Source of the DNA: a virus
Taxonomy: Duplodnaviria > Caudoviricetes
Virus record (IMG/VR): IMGVR_UViG_3300008255_000162
Location: 1 to 52,841 of that record
Direction: 5' to 3' (one strand)
Length of the DNA stretch: 52,841 nt
Numbering within the stretch: the stretch's first letter is position 1; every line of letters begins with the position of its first letter. The position numbers and the translations under genes are program-made. Below are positions 1 to 9,468 of this stretch, piece after piece. A model generated the notes under the pieces. The model was not told the origin of the DNA and ran no database searches. It saw only the letters and a program-made list of their open reading frames with translations.

Positions 1-133
1 AACGGGTTGAATACCTGCGCAAGGTGCTACGGGCGCCTGCGTGGATTCTGCCGAGGTGAGGTCAGCTGGCGCTGGCTCCTGATGCTCGCCATGAAGTGAG
101 CCCTGTATCGTACCCAACTCAACGATCGTACCC

Positions 134-162
134 AACCCCCGGACCGTAAGGTCCGGGGGTTT
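134..162 (+). terminator. Intrinsic terminator-like hairpin
   Basis: AACCCCCGGACC-GTAA-GGTCCGGGGGTT: 12-bp perfect stem with GNRA loop and a short T tract; preceded by a 12-bp direct repeat ATCGTACCCAAC (107-118, 125-136). Confidence 0.75.
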
Positions 163-702
163 CTGCGTTGCGCCCCATCCGATCGGATACTAACCAGCGG
201 AGGTAGAATGCTCAGCTACGGGTCATCTATGCGCGCGCGAGGGTCGGCCGGACATCCCGATGAACTCGACGGAGCGGAGCGCAATTCCGAGGATGTCCAG
301 CAGGTGCTTCGGCTCTCCGAGTACCCCCCTCCCCTACCTCGCTCGGGCGCGTGCTTCGGCCGGTCAAGGTGCTCGGGCTGGGAGGGTGCCTGGTACCCCA
401 GGCCCCGTCCCGGTGCGCCTCCGGCGAGGTCAGCTGGGGATGGGTCTACGACCCATCCCCCCTTGAAGGATCCAACGCTGATCTTAAGGGGACCCTAAGG
501 ACTCATAAGGAAAGAATGTAATGGGCGGTCGAGAAGAGTCGGCTCCGTGTATAGATTTGACCTACCCCAAAGGGGACCCCGCTGATAATACATAGAGAAA
601 AGCACCCGGCGGCATTGCCCGAAATGGAGCCACCGCTTATATATAGAAGGCCAGAAGGGAATGATTCCCAAACGCAAACACAACCAGCAAGAGGAAACTA
701 CG

Positions 703-1413
703 ATGGAACTGCTCGTCATCGAAGGGCGGGTCGCCGCCAACACCTACCGCGCGATGGTCTACGCGAAGCACGAGGGGGCTCTGTTCGTCGTCTGTCAGCG
801 CGCCGTCACCAAGGGGACGCGAGATGAGATCGCCCCCCAGAACCTCGCTCTGGCTCACGTCGAGGCCGTGAACCTGATGCGCGGTCGGGAGTTCCGATCG
901 TTCCTCCAAGACAACCTGAACCTGGCCTGGGAACCGCTGATGCGGTCCAGCGGGCGCTCGATCGAGACCGCGGCCAACGCTCTGATCGCGGATGCTGGTT
1001 CTTCGGCCATGACCGAACTGGCCGAAGCCATGGCCAAGATGCCGACCGGACTGAGCGAGAACGTGCTCACTGCGACCACCACTGCCATCGCCAGCCAGAT
1101 CGCTGCCAACCGCGGACTGAAGTGGTCGGCCAAGAAGGGCTTCTACGGAGACAACAGCACCGCCTACCAGATGCTCGAAATCCGTGAGGTCACTTACGGC
1201 AAGAGCAAGATCAAGGTGCTCGCTCTCCAGTCCGACGATCTCTCCGACATCTACTGCGAGGTCGAAGCCACGGAGCACAACGCTCCGACCAGCGAGTCCT
1301 CTGATGAGGTCGACCAGGACTGCACCGACGACAGCGACTACGACGCCGAGACGAGCGAGGACGAGTCCGAGAAGACGACCGCCGACCCGGATGACATCCC
1401 GTTCGTCGAGTAG
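703..1413 (+). CDS. Hypothetical protein with acidic SSB-like C-terminal tail (DDIPFVE)
   Basis: ORF 661..1413; ATG at 703 follows GAGGA; strongly C/G3-biased codons; D/E-rich tail; followed by a terminator. Confidence 0.75.
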   Translation: MELLVIEGRVAANTYRAMVYAKHEGALFVVCQRAVTKGTRDEIAPQNLALAHVEAVNLMRGREFRSFLQDNLNLAWEPLMRSSGRSIETAANALIADAGSSAMTELAEAMAKMPTGLSENVLTATTTAIASQIAANRGLKWSAKKGFYGDNSTAYQMLEIREVTYGKSKIKVLALQSDDLSDIYCEVEATEHNAPTSESSDEVDQDCTDDSDYDAETSEDESEKTTADPDDIPFVE

Positions 1414-1456
1414 ACACCTACGAGTGGTAGCCGTTCGATGCGGCCATGACCACCCT

Positions 1457-1492
1457 ACCCCCCCGATCGCAAGATCGGGGGGGTTCTTTCTT
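1457..1492 (+). terminator. Rho-independent terminator
   Basis: ACCCCCCCGATC-GCAA-GATCGGGGGGGT followed by TCTTTCTT. Confidence 0.85.
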
Positions 1493-1501
1493 GGAGAAAG
1501 A

Positions 1502-2449
1502 ATGGATAAGCCCTGGGAACGCGGTCGGGATCTTCGACGGAACTATACCGGACTGTACTCGATTACGAATATGCTCCCGGAACGTGAATGGTCCCCGCCC
1601 CTAAGACATTTCCCCGACCGGAGAGTGCGCATATTCCTCCCGGAAGACACAGCGCAGGTCGGGATCCACACGGACCTATCTCTACAGATGATCGAACTCA
1701 ACCCCTATCTTGGGGTCGAACGTCATTTCATTCCCGACTGGATGCAACCAATCGGCTTACCCCTCGGGCGTGTCGAGGACTACTATCGGTCCAGAGATGA
1801 CGGCACACAGAGGATCAGGCAAGTCGTAGACACCAACGTCTACGAAATGCTACTCGCGTCTCGTTACGTCCGTGCGAACGCAAGCAAGTACAAAGTGAAC
1901 GTGCAGTCTGCACCGATCGCGGAATGGTGGCTCCTCGGTGTAAGCTCGACCATCCTCGCAAAAGTCCTGACCTGGCCGGAATACGATCTCGAACGGACGA
2001 GAGGACAGATCGCATTCTGGCTCCGCACCATTACACACCCGAACATCATCGAAGCCGTACGTAGTGGAATCGCAGGCGACGGACGGTGGCTTCTAAAGCG
2101 CATCCCATTCGTTCCAACCGTAGGAGCGAAACTAGCGAAGTTCGACCGCATGTCCATCTTCCATCCGAAGGCTCGGGAACTCTTAACGACCGTCGAAGGA
2201 ATCATTACGAGAGTGACAACCTGGAACATCGCGGGAGTCGAAACGGACAGGTGGCTCAGACAGTACACCGAGGAATACCCACGGGAAGCCAGCGACTATC
2301 GCACTCGAATGACCGATCTCTTCTCCGAAACTGCACCGACCATCGCAGCGATCCTACCCCCCACCGATATTCCACGGATAGAACGGATCGGAAAGAGCAT
2401 GGATTTACGACCTCTAATCGAGGCGATGAAGGCCAAACTCAGCCGATGA
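1502..2449 (+). CDS. Hypothetical protein (about 315 aa)
   Basis: 3' part of ORF 1184..2449; ATG at 1502 after GGAGAAAGA, just downstream of the terminator; no recognisable motif. Confidence 0.7.
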   Translation: MDKPWERGRDLRRNYTGLYSITNMLPEREWSPPLRHFPDRRVRIFLPEDTAQVGIHTDLSLQMIELNPYLGVERHFIPDWMQPIGLPLGRVEDYYRSRDDGTQRIRQVVDTNVYEMLLASRYVRANASKYKVNVQSAPIAEWWLLGVSSTILAKVLTWPEYDLERTRGQIAFWLRTITHPNIIEAVRSGIAGDGRWLLKRIPFVPTVGAKLAKFDRMSIFHPKARELLTTVEGIITRVTTWNIAGVETDRWLRQYTEEYPREASDYRTRMTDLFSETAPTIAAILPPTDIPRIERIGKSMDLRPLIEAMKAKLSR

Positions 2450-2817
2450 TGTAGCCGAGTGTAGCCTCCTGCGAGATGTAGCCGGGATGTAGCCTAGTGT
2501 AGTGTACCCTCCGGGTAACTGTTTCGATTCTCAACTTCGTGAGGATCAAAGCGGAATATCCCGAGATGTAGCCCGAATGCACCCCCCGAAAAGCCAGGTT
2601 GATCCTCGATGTAGCCAAAATGTAGTCGTTAGTGTAGCCATTATTCCCTATTAGAACCTGGCTTTTCGCCCAGAATGTAGGGGTGTGTAGTCACCAGGAG
2701 AGGACTATACTACTACAACTATTTTCCAGTATATTAAACAATAGCTGGCGGCTACACTACACTACATGCATGAAGAGTCCGATTTAGAGATCCGGAGATG
2801 ACTACACTGGACTACAC
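2450..2817. repeat. Iteron-like array A (convergent TGTAGY / RCTACA repeats around an AT-rich core); candidate replication origin
   Basis: About 12 TGTAG(C/T/G)/TGTACC units on the left and about 6 inverted (G/A)CTACA units on the right of TATTAAACAATA; 14-bp inverted repeat CGAAAAGCCAGGTT (2587-2600 / 2655-2668); non-coding. Confidence 0.75.
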
Positions 2818-2884
2818 ACCGGAACGGCCACCCCGGAGCGCGCGAGTCTCGGGCTGACGCCACCCCCCCAACCCGGTGCCCCCC

Positions 2885-2913
2885 TTGTACTTGTCGGTTG
2901 ATCGTGCTACACT
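2885..2913 (+). promoter_or_regulatory. Sigma70-type promoter candidate for the packaging operon
   Basis: TTGTAC-17 nt-TACACT with extended -10 TG, just upstream of ORF 2926. Confidence 0.5.
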
Positions 2914-2925
2914 GGATGAAAGGGA

Positions 2926-3372
2926 TTGTCCGTGGCCAAGAACAGAGAGCCAAAGCCGGAGCCGATTGTAGTTGCGCTGCCGGATCGTCTGCTCGCTCTC
3001 CTCGCAGAGGGTCAGATCACCGACCCTCAACGCTACCGCGACCTGGCTTCCGCTCTGATGGAGGCCGCGCTGTTGGGTGCCATCCCTTCGAGTCGTACAG
3101 GATTCATTAGAGAAATGATGGCAATGATGCGTGACTCGCTCATGACGAAGACGGGGAGCGATAGCCCGAACGTCATTCTGAACACGCTGTTTTCGATGAG
3201 TCAGGACAGTGGAGCGAAGCGAGTCGGCGTGTACGATGTGAATCTTGATGAGCCGGAAGAAGAGGTCAAACGCCCCGAGAAGATCGAGCGTGCATCCTCT
3301 TCCGAACTGCGTGAACGGCAGATCAAGGAGATCCCGTTCGATTCAAGGATGTTCGAGCGCGAGAGCGCATAG
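2926..3372 (+). CDS. Hypothetical protein, possible terminase small subunit
   Basis: First gene of the operon upstream of TerL; 148 aa; assignment is positional only. Confidence 0.5.
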   Translation: MSVAKNREPKPEPIVVALPDRLLALLAEGQITDPQRYRDLASALMEAALLGAIPSSRTGFIREMMAMMRDSLMTKTGSDSPNVILNTLFSMSQDSGAKRVGVYDVNLDEPEEEVKRPEKIERASSSELRERQIKEIPFDSRMFERESA

Positions 3373-3380
3373 AGGAAATC

Positions 3381-3920
3381 ATGGAAAAGCGCAAGGGTAG
3401 GAAGAACACTGCGAGCATGACCCCCACCGAACTGATCAAGGAAATGGTCATCGAGGAACCGGCCGCGCAGCCGGTAGAGGAACCGAAGGAAGCCTCTCGT
3501 GATCTGATCGAAGACACGCTCACCCTGTTCTTCACCTACCACCGACCGAAGAACGCGGCGCAGTCTGATCTCTACAGCAGGATCCGCATACAGGAGGAGA
3601 TCGCGCACAGTGAGTTCGAGCGGATCTGGCTGACCATCCGTGCAGGGGAGACCCTCAGTTCCGAAGCCCCGACCGTCTTCGATCGAATCAACGGGGTATG
3701 CCGCGAGTTCGCCCGCGTGATCTTGACGAAATGCGCGGACTTTTCTTCTACGACCATGGCGTTCGAGCACGTGTGCAACGCTCGGATGCTGGCCAACGAG
3801 GGAGTCGCGACCTGGAGTGGGCACAACTTCCAACTCGCGCACGATCAGCTCCTTCTGGCTCGCCTGTGCGCGAGTCGCTCCGTCGCTATCGCCGGCGTGC
3901 TGAGCGAGCCGAGCGAATAG
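3381..3920 (+). CDS. Acb2/Tad1-like hairpin-domain protein (putative nucleotide-signal sponge)
   Basis: FTYHRP...Q...Y.RIR and F..VI...C.......A......ARM.AN.GVA pattern resembles the phage FTYHxP hairpin family; GAGGA RBS. Confidence 0.55.
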   Translation: MEKRKGRKNTASMTPTELIKEMVIEEPAAQPVEEPKEASRDLIEDTLTLFFTYHRPKNAAQSDLYSRIRIQEEIAHSEFERIWLTIRAGETLSSEAPTVFDRINGVCREFARVILTKCADFSSTTMAFEHVCNARMLANEGVATWSGHNFQLAHDQLLLARLCASRSVAIAGVLSEPSE

Positions 3921-3937
3921 ACCAATCGGAGGTCTCC

Positions 3938-4285
3938 GTGGAAGAACTGATCGCTCACCTGTTCGGGGATTACGTCCTTCAGGCGCATCGCATGGCAGTG
4001 AGGAAGGTCGACTCCGCGACGTGGGCGGTCATCCATGGAGCGTTCTACACGATTCCCTTCCTCCTGCTCACGCAGAGTGTAGTCGCTCTCTCTGTGATCT
4101 TCTTGACTCATGTCGTGATCGATCACTGGCGGATCGCGAGCCGCCTGAAAGCTCGGTATGAACGACTGTGGTCGGGATCCATGCGGGAGTTCTCCTCGGC
4201 GCCAGCCTGGATCGCAGTGTGGGTCACGATCATCATCGACAACAGCTTCCATCTGCTGATCAATCATCTCGCGTTGATGCTATGA
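3938..4285 (+). CDS. DUF3307-like membrane protein
   Basis: LIAHLFGDYVLQ...H...Y...TH..ID motif with hydrophobic segments; GTG start after GGAGG. Confidence 0.75.
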   Translation: MEELIAHLFGDYVLQAHRMAVRKVDSATWAVIHGAFYTIPFLLLTQSVVALSVIFLTHVVIDHWRIASRLKARYERLWSGSMREFSSAPAWIAVWVTIIIDNSFHLLINHLALML

Positions 4286-4782
4286 AGCAGGATGGTCAGG
4301 TCCGACTCATCGTAGTCCCGTGTAGTCGGGATCCCGCACTCGTGTACCTGCGTAAGGTGCATCGACATCACGGCCGACCACAAGGATTCAAGTTGGCCTT
4401 AGCTTGCCTGGAAGAGGCGACCGGTAGAGTCTGTGGGGTCGCAATGCTCGGGCGTCCGATCGCTCGTGGGTTGGATGATGGCTACACGTGGGAGGTGGTT
4501 CGCCTCGCGACAGACGGTACGCCCAATGCGTGCAGTGCGCTTCTGGGGGCCTGTGCGCGCCTGTGCCGCGTGCTGCGTCTCCGGGTGGTGACGTACACCC
4601 TACCCGAGGAGGGGGGAGCCTCGCTGCGTGCGGCCGGCTGGGAGCACCGGGCTCGAACTCACCGTACGCCGGAGCGAACTTGGGCCAACCGTCCCGACCG
4701 TGAGGATTGGGTTGGGGGCGACAAAGATCGGTGGGGATTGGATTTCCGCCCGACTGACTTGCCAAAGTTGGTTTGGGAATGA
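4282..4782 (+). CDS. XF1762/Mom-like GNAT-fold DNA modification protein
   Basis: HRHH, GVAMLGRP.AR.LDDG.T.EV.RLATDGTPNACS.L, TYTL..E.GASLRAAGW motifs; ATGA overlaps on both sides. Confidence 0.75.
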   Translation: MKQDGQVRLIVVPCSRDPALVYLRKVHRHHGRPQGFKLALACLEEATGRVCGVAMLGRPIARGLDDGYTWEVVRLATDGTPNACSALLGACARLCRVLRLRVVTYTLPEEGGASLRAAGWEHRARTHRTPERTWANRPDREDWVGGDKDRWGLDFRPTDLPKLVWE

Positions 4783-6494
4783 ACAAGGCGATTGCTAGTG
4801 CGATTCAACTTCTGCGTCAGCCTGACTTGGCATTGCAGAAGTTCGGGCAGGTGATCGATCAGAAGACAGGGAAGTTCGTTCCCTATGATCCTTACCGCCT
4901 GACCCACCAGTTGCAGAGTACGATCGTAGCGTACTACTCCCACCCGCCGGTCACCTCCGACGACCAGACGATCTTCCTGAATGTACTCGGATACAGACAG
5001 GGGGGGAAGTCGGTATGCGGTGAGTACGCTGGATATGTGAAGACAGCGTATAATCCCGGGTGGGATCATGTATGCTACGCCGACGTACGCCCACGTGCCG
5101 AATACCTTCACGGTCGCGTGCATCACCTACACGCTCGGTGGCCGGAAGCGGTACGTTCCCCCACAATGCACACGCGCGAGTCGTTGCAGCTCACATTCGA
5201 TCGCCGCATCGGTGGCAAGATGCGTGTCCTCTCTGCGGATAAGGGCTTTGAGGGTGTTGGTCAGAGTCCTGACAGTTTGCACGCGTCGGAAGTCTTCGTA
5301 TGGAAGGATATGGCGACCAGCTATTCCTTCCTTCTCCCTTCGATGATCAATCGAGATCATGCCCTGTGGCTGACTGAATCAACTCCAGGAAATGCCGGGA
5401 GCGATTGGCACGACCACTACAGAGCGGGGAAATGGCACACCGATCGCTTTCGCTCGGTATTCTTCCCATTCTGGGACGGCGTATTGAACACCCGGCCCTG
5501 GCCGGAGGGGGAGGTGCCGACCAATGAGGAGTTGCGTCTGATCGAGAAGTATGGTCGGAAGGGGCTGTCTCTCGACAACCTTGCATTCCGCCGGCTCATG
5601 CTCAGTTCGGACACGGAGATCCGCCGACGCCCCGAACTCTTCGGGATGTACTACCCCTTCGATGACGTGACCTGCTGGGTGTCGCAGGGATCTAGCGCGA
5701 TTCCATCACACGCATTGGATAGACACCTTAAAGGTGACCTGGTTGAATGGAAGTACGGCGATGACTACGTGGAGTATCTGTCACCCAACCCGAATGCTAC
5801 CTATGTAATCGGCGTTGATCCATCCGGGTACGCGGCTCGCGATCATGTGGCCTTCCAGGTCCTCGAAGTCTGGTCCGATGCGATCATTCAAGCCGCGACG
5901 TTCGCTGCACACCGGAATCCGATTGATGCATGGAGGAGCATTCAACATGCGGGGTACCGATACAACAAGGCACTCCTCGGAATAGAATCCAAGGGTGTAG
6001 GTCAGGGTATCTTGACTCTCGCTGACAGTCAGGAATACCCTAACGTCCTGGAACTGAAGGTGGGGAATCCGGGCATCGCGGTCGGACCGCACAACATCGA
6101 ACAGTTAACCGCGCAGTTGATCGATGCTCTCATGGACAGACTGATCCTATACGACTCCGATCTGGTGGATCAGCTCGGAACGTACAAGGGTGACAAGGCG
6201 ACGGAGCAGACTGCCCGGGCAGAAATGCTCGGGAGAATCGCTCGCGGCGGTCGGAGAGACCGGCACCATTGGGATAAAGTCTCCGCGCTCATGATGGCCG
6301 TGGAGACAGTCAAGTACGCTCCGACGAGAATCCGATCTGGTTTTCGTCGAATCGAGTCTGACAATGCCGTTCTCTTCCCCGGGATGACATGGGAGCATTG
6401 GGAAAAGTTGCAGCGCGAGCAGGCCGAGGAGGTTGCTTCCCGCGGGCGCGCGCGCTATGGTGTGAATGTCCCCCACACGAAACGCCGATGGTAG
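4779..6494 (+). CDS. terL: Terminase large subunit
   Basis: YRQGGKS Walker A, LHASE Walker B, ESTP coupling motif, IGVDPSG RNase H-like nuclease, C-terminal HWD.VSA. Confidence 0.92.
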   Translation: MNKAIASAIQLLRQPDLALQKFGQVIDQKTGKFVPYDPYRLTHQLQSTIVAYYSHPPVTSDDQTIFLNVLGYRQGGKSVCGEYAGYVKTAYNPGWDHVCYADVRPRAEYLHGRVHHLHARWPEAVRSPTMHTRESLQLTFDRRIGGKMRVLSADKGFEGVGQSPDSLHASEVFVWKDMATSYSFLLPSMINRDHALWLTESTPGNAGSDWHDHYRAGKWHTDRFRSVFFPFWDGVLNTRPWPEGEVPTNEELRLIEKYGRKGLSLDNLAFRRLMLSSDTEIRRRPELFGMYYPFDDVTCWVSQGSSAIPSHALDRHLKGDLVEWKYGDDYVEYLSPNPNATYVIGVDPSGYAARDHVAFQVLEVWSDAIIQAATFAAHRNPIDAWRSIQHAGYRYNKALLGIESKGVGQGILTLADSQEYPNVLELKVGNPGIAVGPHNIEQLTAQLIDALMDRLILYDSDLVDQLGTYKGDKATEQTARAEMLGRIARGGRRDRHHWDKVSALMMAVETVKYAPTRIRSGFRRIESDNAVLFPGMTWEHWEKLQREQAEEVASRGRARYGVNVPHTKRRW

Positions 6495-6507
6495 GCTGTA
6501 GGACTGA

Positions 6508-8241
6508 ATGCACCCGATAGTCATACAGGAGCTACTGAAAGGGCACAAGCAACGTGTCGAGCGGATCGAAGTACGATACCGCCGGTACATGCAGTGGCTG
6601 CATGGTGACTTCTGGGCGGACGACCCAGCCGACCCGGAAGCAGAAGGTCTTGCCGACACCAACTATTCGTACGCATTTCTCGACTCCATGGTCGCTGGCA
6701 TCGTCCCGACCAACCCGAGGGTGACGATCACGGACCTCGTTGGGAAGAACGAGAAAGCTGCGAAGATGCGACAGGCGGTTGCGAATGCGACCCTGCGGCA
6801 GACCGACGCGACCCGTCTCCTCTGGCGTGCGGCAACGCAGACGGGCGTACGCGGATCGTCCTTCCTACGCGCCGACTTCAGTCGGAAGCAGGAACGCATT
6901 CGCTTCTCCGTGCGCGGTCCCCAGCACGTGTGGCACGACCAGCAGGCCGACTCCTGGGATCAGATTCGCTATCTGATCGAGGTTGTTCCGATCTACGCAA
7001 GTCAGTTCAGGCAGCGACAGGAGAAGAAGAACGGGTATAGGAAGGACGCAAGTCCGGCATCGCAGATGCAGTACCCGGACTGGCTCCTACCGGTCGTACA
7101 GGAGGAGATCGACGCGGCGATGACCGCCGTGGAGTGGGTTGTGATCTATGAGGTCTACGACTTCGTAGATCACAAGTATTACCACGTACTGGAAGACGTG
7201 GAGAAGCCACTGTTCGAGCACGACCGGTTCCCCCTCGAAGAGATCGGGAACAGGTTCTTCCCCATCATCTTCAACGACGCGATCGATGCTCTCGCCGGGA
7301 TCAGCGATATCAAGCTGATCGAACGGCTCCAAACGTACCTGAACGAACTCGATACGGTCGCCCTTCAGCACGCGCAATCTTCCATTCCCATCCCGGTGGT
7401 GGATACGAAGGGTCTGGACAATCCAGACGACTTTATCAAGAACTACGCGAGGGCAACATCACCGCGGGATGTGATCCCCGCGCAGATCAAGGGGGCGAAG
7501 ACTCTCGCCGACGTACTGACCTACTCGAAGTCCCCTCCGATCTCGCTGGACATGCAGCGGATTCGGGACACATTCGAGCGGGCGATTCACTTCATTCTCG
7601 CCCTTCCGCTATACGAACGCGGAGTTGTCGGGCAGGCCGACATTGCGACCGAAGTCGCTCTGGCGCAAGAAGGGGTCAAGACACGCAACGGTCGCCGTTA
7701 CGTCACGGTCAACAACTCGGTACGCTGGATGGGGAGGGTGTCTGGAACGATCGCTGCGTATCGGTTCACCAGTACCAAGTACGTGCGTGACTCGGATGGC
7801 AAGCCCCTGGCGATCGAGCCCAGAGTCATGGGCAAGGTCCCCATGAACAGGGACGAGGACATCTATGACTACGACGTGACTCCGTTCTCCCCCCCGGAGG
7901 ATTCAGTCGCGACGAAGCTCCGAAACGCCGAGAAGATTCTTGACCGTGCTCTCCAACGGGGAGACGTGATCAAGGTGCGGGAACTCTTCGTCGAGATGTT
8001 CGACCTACTCGGCTTCGATCCGTCTAAGTTCGTCATGTCTCCCGAGGAAATGGCGCAGGCCGCTCAGGCAGCGGCGGTAGCGGCTGGCGGTGGGCAACCG
8101 GGCGCGGGTGCCCCCCCACCCCCTGGTGCCGATCAGATCAACCCTGACTACGGAGTTCTCCCCGGTCCCGGTGGAGAAGTTCCCGGGATTCCGACTGGAA
8201 ACTCAATGCCCCCTGGTGTTGCAGGCGGTCCTGGAGTATAA
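6508..8241 (+). CDS. Portal protein
   Basis: 577 aa directly after TerL; ATEV motif and Q/A/G/P-rich tail typical of P22/T7-like portals. Confidence 0.85.
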   Translation: MHPIVIQELLKGHKQRVERIEVRYRRYMQWLHGDFWADDPADPEAEGLADTNYSYAFLDSMVAGIVPTNPRVTITDLVGKNEKAAKMRQAVANATLRQTDATRLLWRAATQTGVRGSSFLRADFSRKQERIRFSVRGPQHVWHDQQADSWDQIRYLIEVVPIYASQFRQRQEKKNGYRKDASPASQMQYPDWLLPVVQEEIDAAMTAVEWVVIYEVYDFVDHKYYHVLEDVEKPLFEHDRFPLEEIGNRFFPIIFNDAIDALAGISDIKLIERLQTYLNELDTVALQHAQSSIPIPVVDTKGLDNPDDFIKNYARATSPRDVIPAQIKGAKTLADVLTYSKSPPISLDMQRIRDTFERAIHFILALPLYERGVVGQADIATEVALAQEGVKTRNGRRYVTVNNSVRWMGRVSGTIAAYRFTSTKYVRDSDGKPLAIEPRVMGKVPMNRDEDIYDYDVTPFSPPEDSVATKLRNAEKILDRALQRGDVIKVRELFVEMFDLLGFDPSKFVMSPEEMAQAAQAAAVAAGGGQPGAGAPPPPGADQINPDYGVLPGPGGEVPGIPTGNSMPPGVAGGPGV

Positions 8242-8242
8242 G

Positions 8243-8698
8243 ATGAAAGAAGATAAGGTGATCGTTCTGGAACGTCCCAAACTTACGGGTCCGGGCAGAC
8301 TCATCGTCCCTCCGGCGGTCAGTACAGAGGTCGCACGAGAAGTGCAGGCTTCGGTGGAAGAACGACTCCTCGAAGTGGATCTGGGGTGGTCCGACCTCAT
8401 CGATCGTATCTCTCAGCGCGCTCCGGGAGCACCGACTTCGCTGGATGTTCGTGCCTTCGTCTTCCACTTCGTCTCGATGATCCAGGCGTTCACTCCGGCG
8501 ATCTGGATCCGTGATGAAGCGGTACTGCACGCCCGCACGGCCGGGATCGCGCTCGTCGAGTACACCGACTATTCCCCGAGGGTTGAGGTGAGCGATACGA
8601 CGATGCGTGCGCTCCTGCTGATCGACATCGCAAAGCAGGAGATGATCAAGGCTCGGCTTGTCTGCCTGATCGCGATCGAACAGGGAGCGCAGAAGTAG
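8243..8698 (+). CDS. Hypothetical protein, possible paralog of 3381..3920
   Basis: ATG right after the portal stop within ORF 8090..8698; helical pattern similar to the 3381 protein. Confidence 0.65.
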   Translation: MKEDKVIVLERPKLTGPGRLIVPPAVSTEVAREVQASVEERLLEVDLGWSDLIDRISQRAPGAPTSLDVRAFVFHFVSMIQAFTPAIWIRDEAVLHARTAGIALVEYTDYSPRVEVSDTTMRALLLIDIAKQEMIKARLVCLIAIEQGAQK

Positions 8699-9103
8699 AT
8701 GCCGATGTACGACTACTATTGCCCTACGTGTGAGGAGTTCGATGAGACGTTCGAGCATCATGCAGTAGTCGATCTGCACTGTCCGAAGTGCAATTCCTCT
8801 GCATTCAAGGTCCTCGGCGGGCTGACCGTCATCGGGATCACTCCGTCGAAGCCGCTAGAGATCAAGTCTCGTGGAGTTCGATTCGATAGCGAATCCGACT
8901 TCAAACGCTGGCAGAAGGTAAACCCCGAACCCCTGATCTTCCCCGGAACGCAGAAGATGAAGGAAGTTCAGGAGTACGCGCGGGATGAGTCCGACACCAT
9001 CGCGCGTAGGATCGGATTCAACAACATCGAAGATTACCAGCGGTTCCAACGGGGCCGACTGAAGGAGCAAGCACGTGGCTACCGCGACCGATACGAAAAG
9101 TGA
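8699..9103 (+). CDS. FmdB-family zinc-ribbon protein
   Basis: MPMYDYYCPTC...CPKC motif. Confidence 0.85.
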   Translation: MPMYDYYCPTCEEFDETFEHHAVVDLHCPKCNSSAFKVLGGLTVIGITPSKPLEIKSRGVRFDSESDFKRWQKVNPEPLIFPGTQKMKEVQEYARDESDTIARRIGFNNIEDYQRFQRGRLKEQARGYRDRYEK

Positions 9104-9458
9104 TGACCTTCAGGGAATGATCGATTCCGGCCTCGACGAGATCGGAAAGAAGCTGCACCCCGGGTCTTCGACTCCCCTTCCGGTTCCCGCAGACGGTGGA
9201 GTGTCCCCACCGTCCGACACGGATGATGGGGCGGGTACACCGACCGCGGGTGGCCCGGCGGGTCGTGACGTAGAGAAGGTGATCGACGAGGCTCTGATCG
9301 GTGGCGTGCAGTCCGCTTCGGACCTGATCGCAGCAATTCGGAGTGCGGGGTACGAGATCGTTCCCGCCCCTGCCGAGAGTGGTCCGCTGCCCATGTCCCC
9401 CAGAGAAGGATTCGACGCCGATCGAGCGTCGGCTATTCAGCAAGCACTGAACGGATAG
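9075..9458 (+). CDS. Hypothetical head-module protein
   Basis: GTG start after AAGGAG; lies between the zinc-ribbon and scaffold genes. Confidence 0.65.
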   Translation: MATATDTKSDDLQGMIDSGLDEIGKKLHPGSSTPLPVPADGGVSPPSDTDDGAGTPTAGGPAGRDVEKVIDEALIGGVQSASDLIAAIRSAGYEIVPAPAESGPLPMSPREGFDADRASAIQQALNG

Positions 9459-9468
9459 GAGATCACAG

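Noticed and set aside
1184-1501. N-terminal extension of ORF 1184..2449
   Set aside because: Overlaps the upstream gene and crosses a terminator; better start at 1502
2450-2817. CRISPR array
   Set aside because: Repeats are only 6-7 bp, irregularly spaced and convergent; no cas operon (the Cas4-like nuclease sits in a recombination module)
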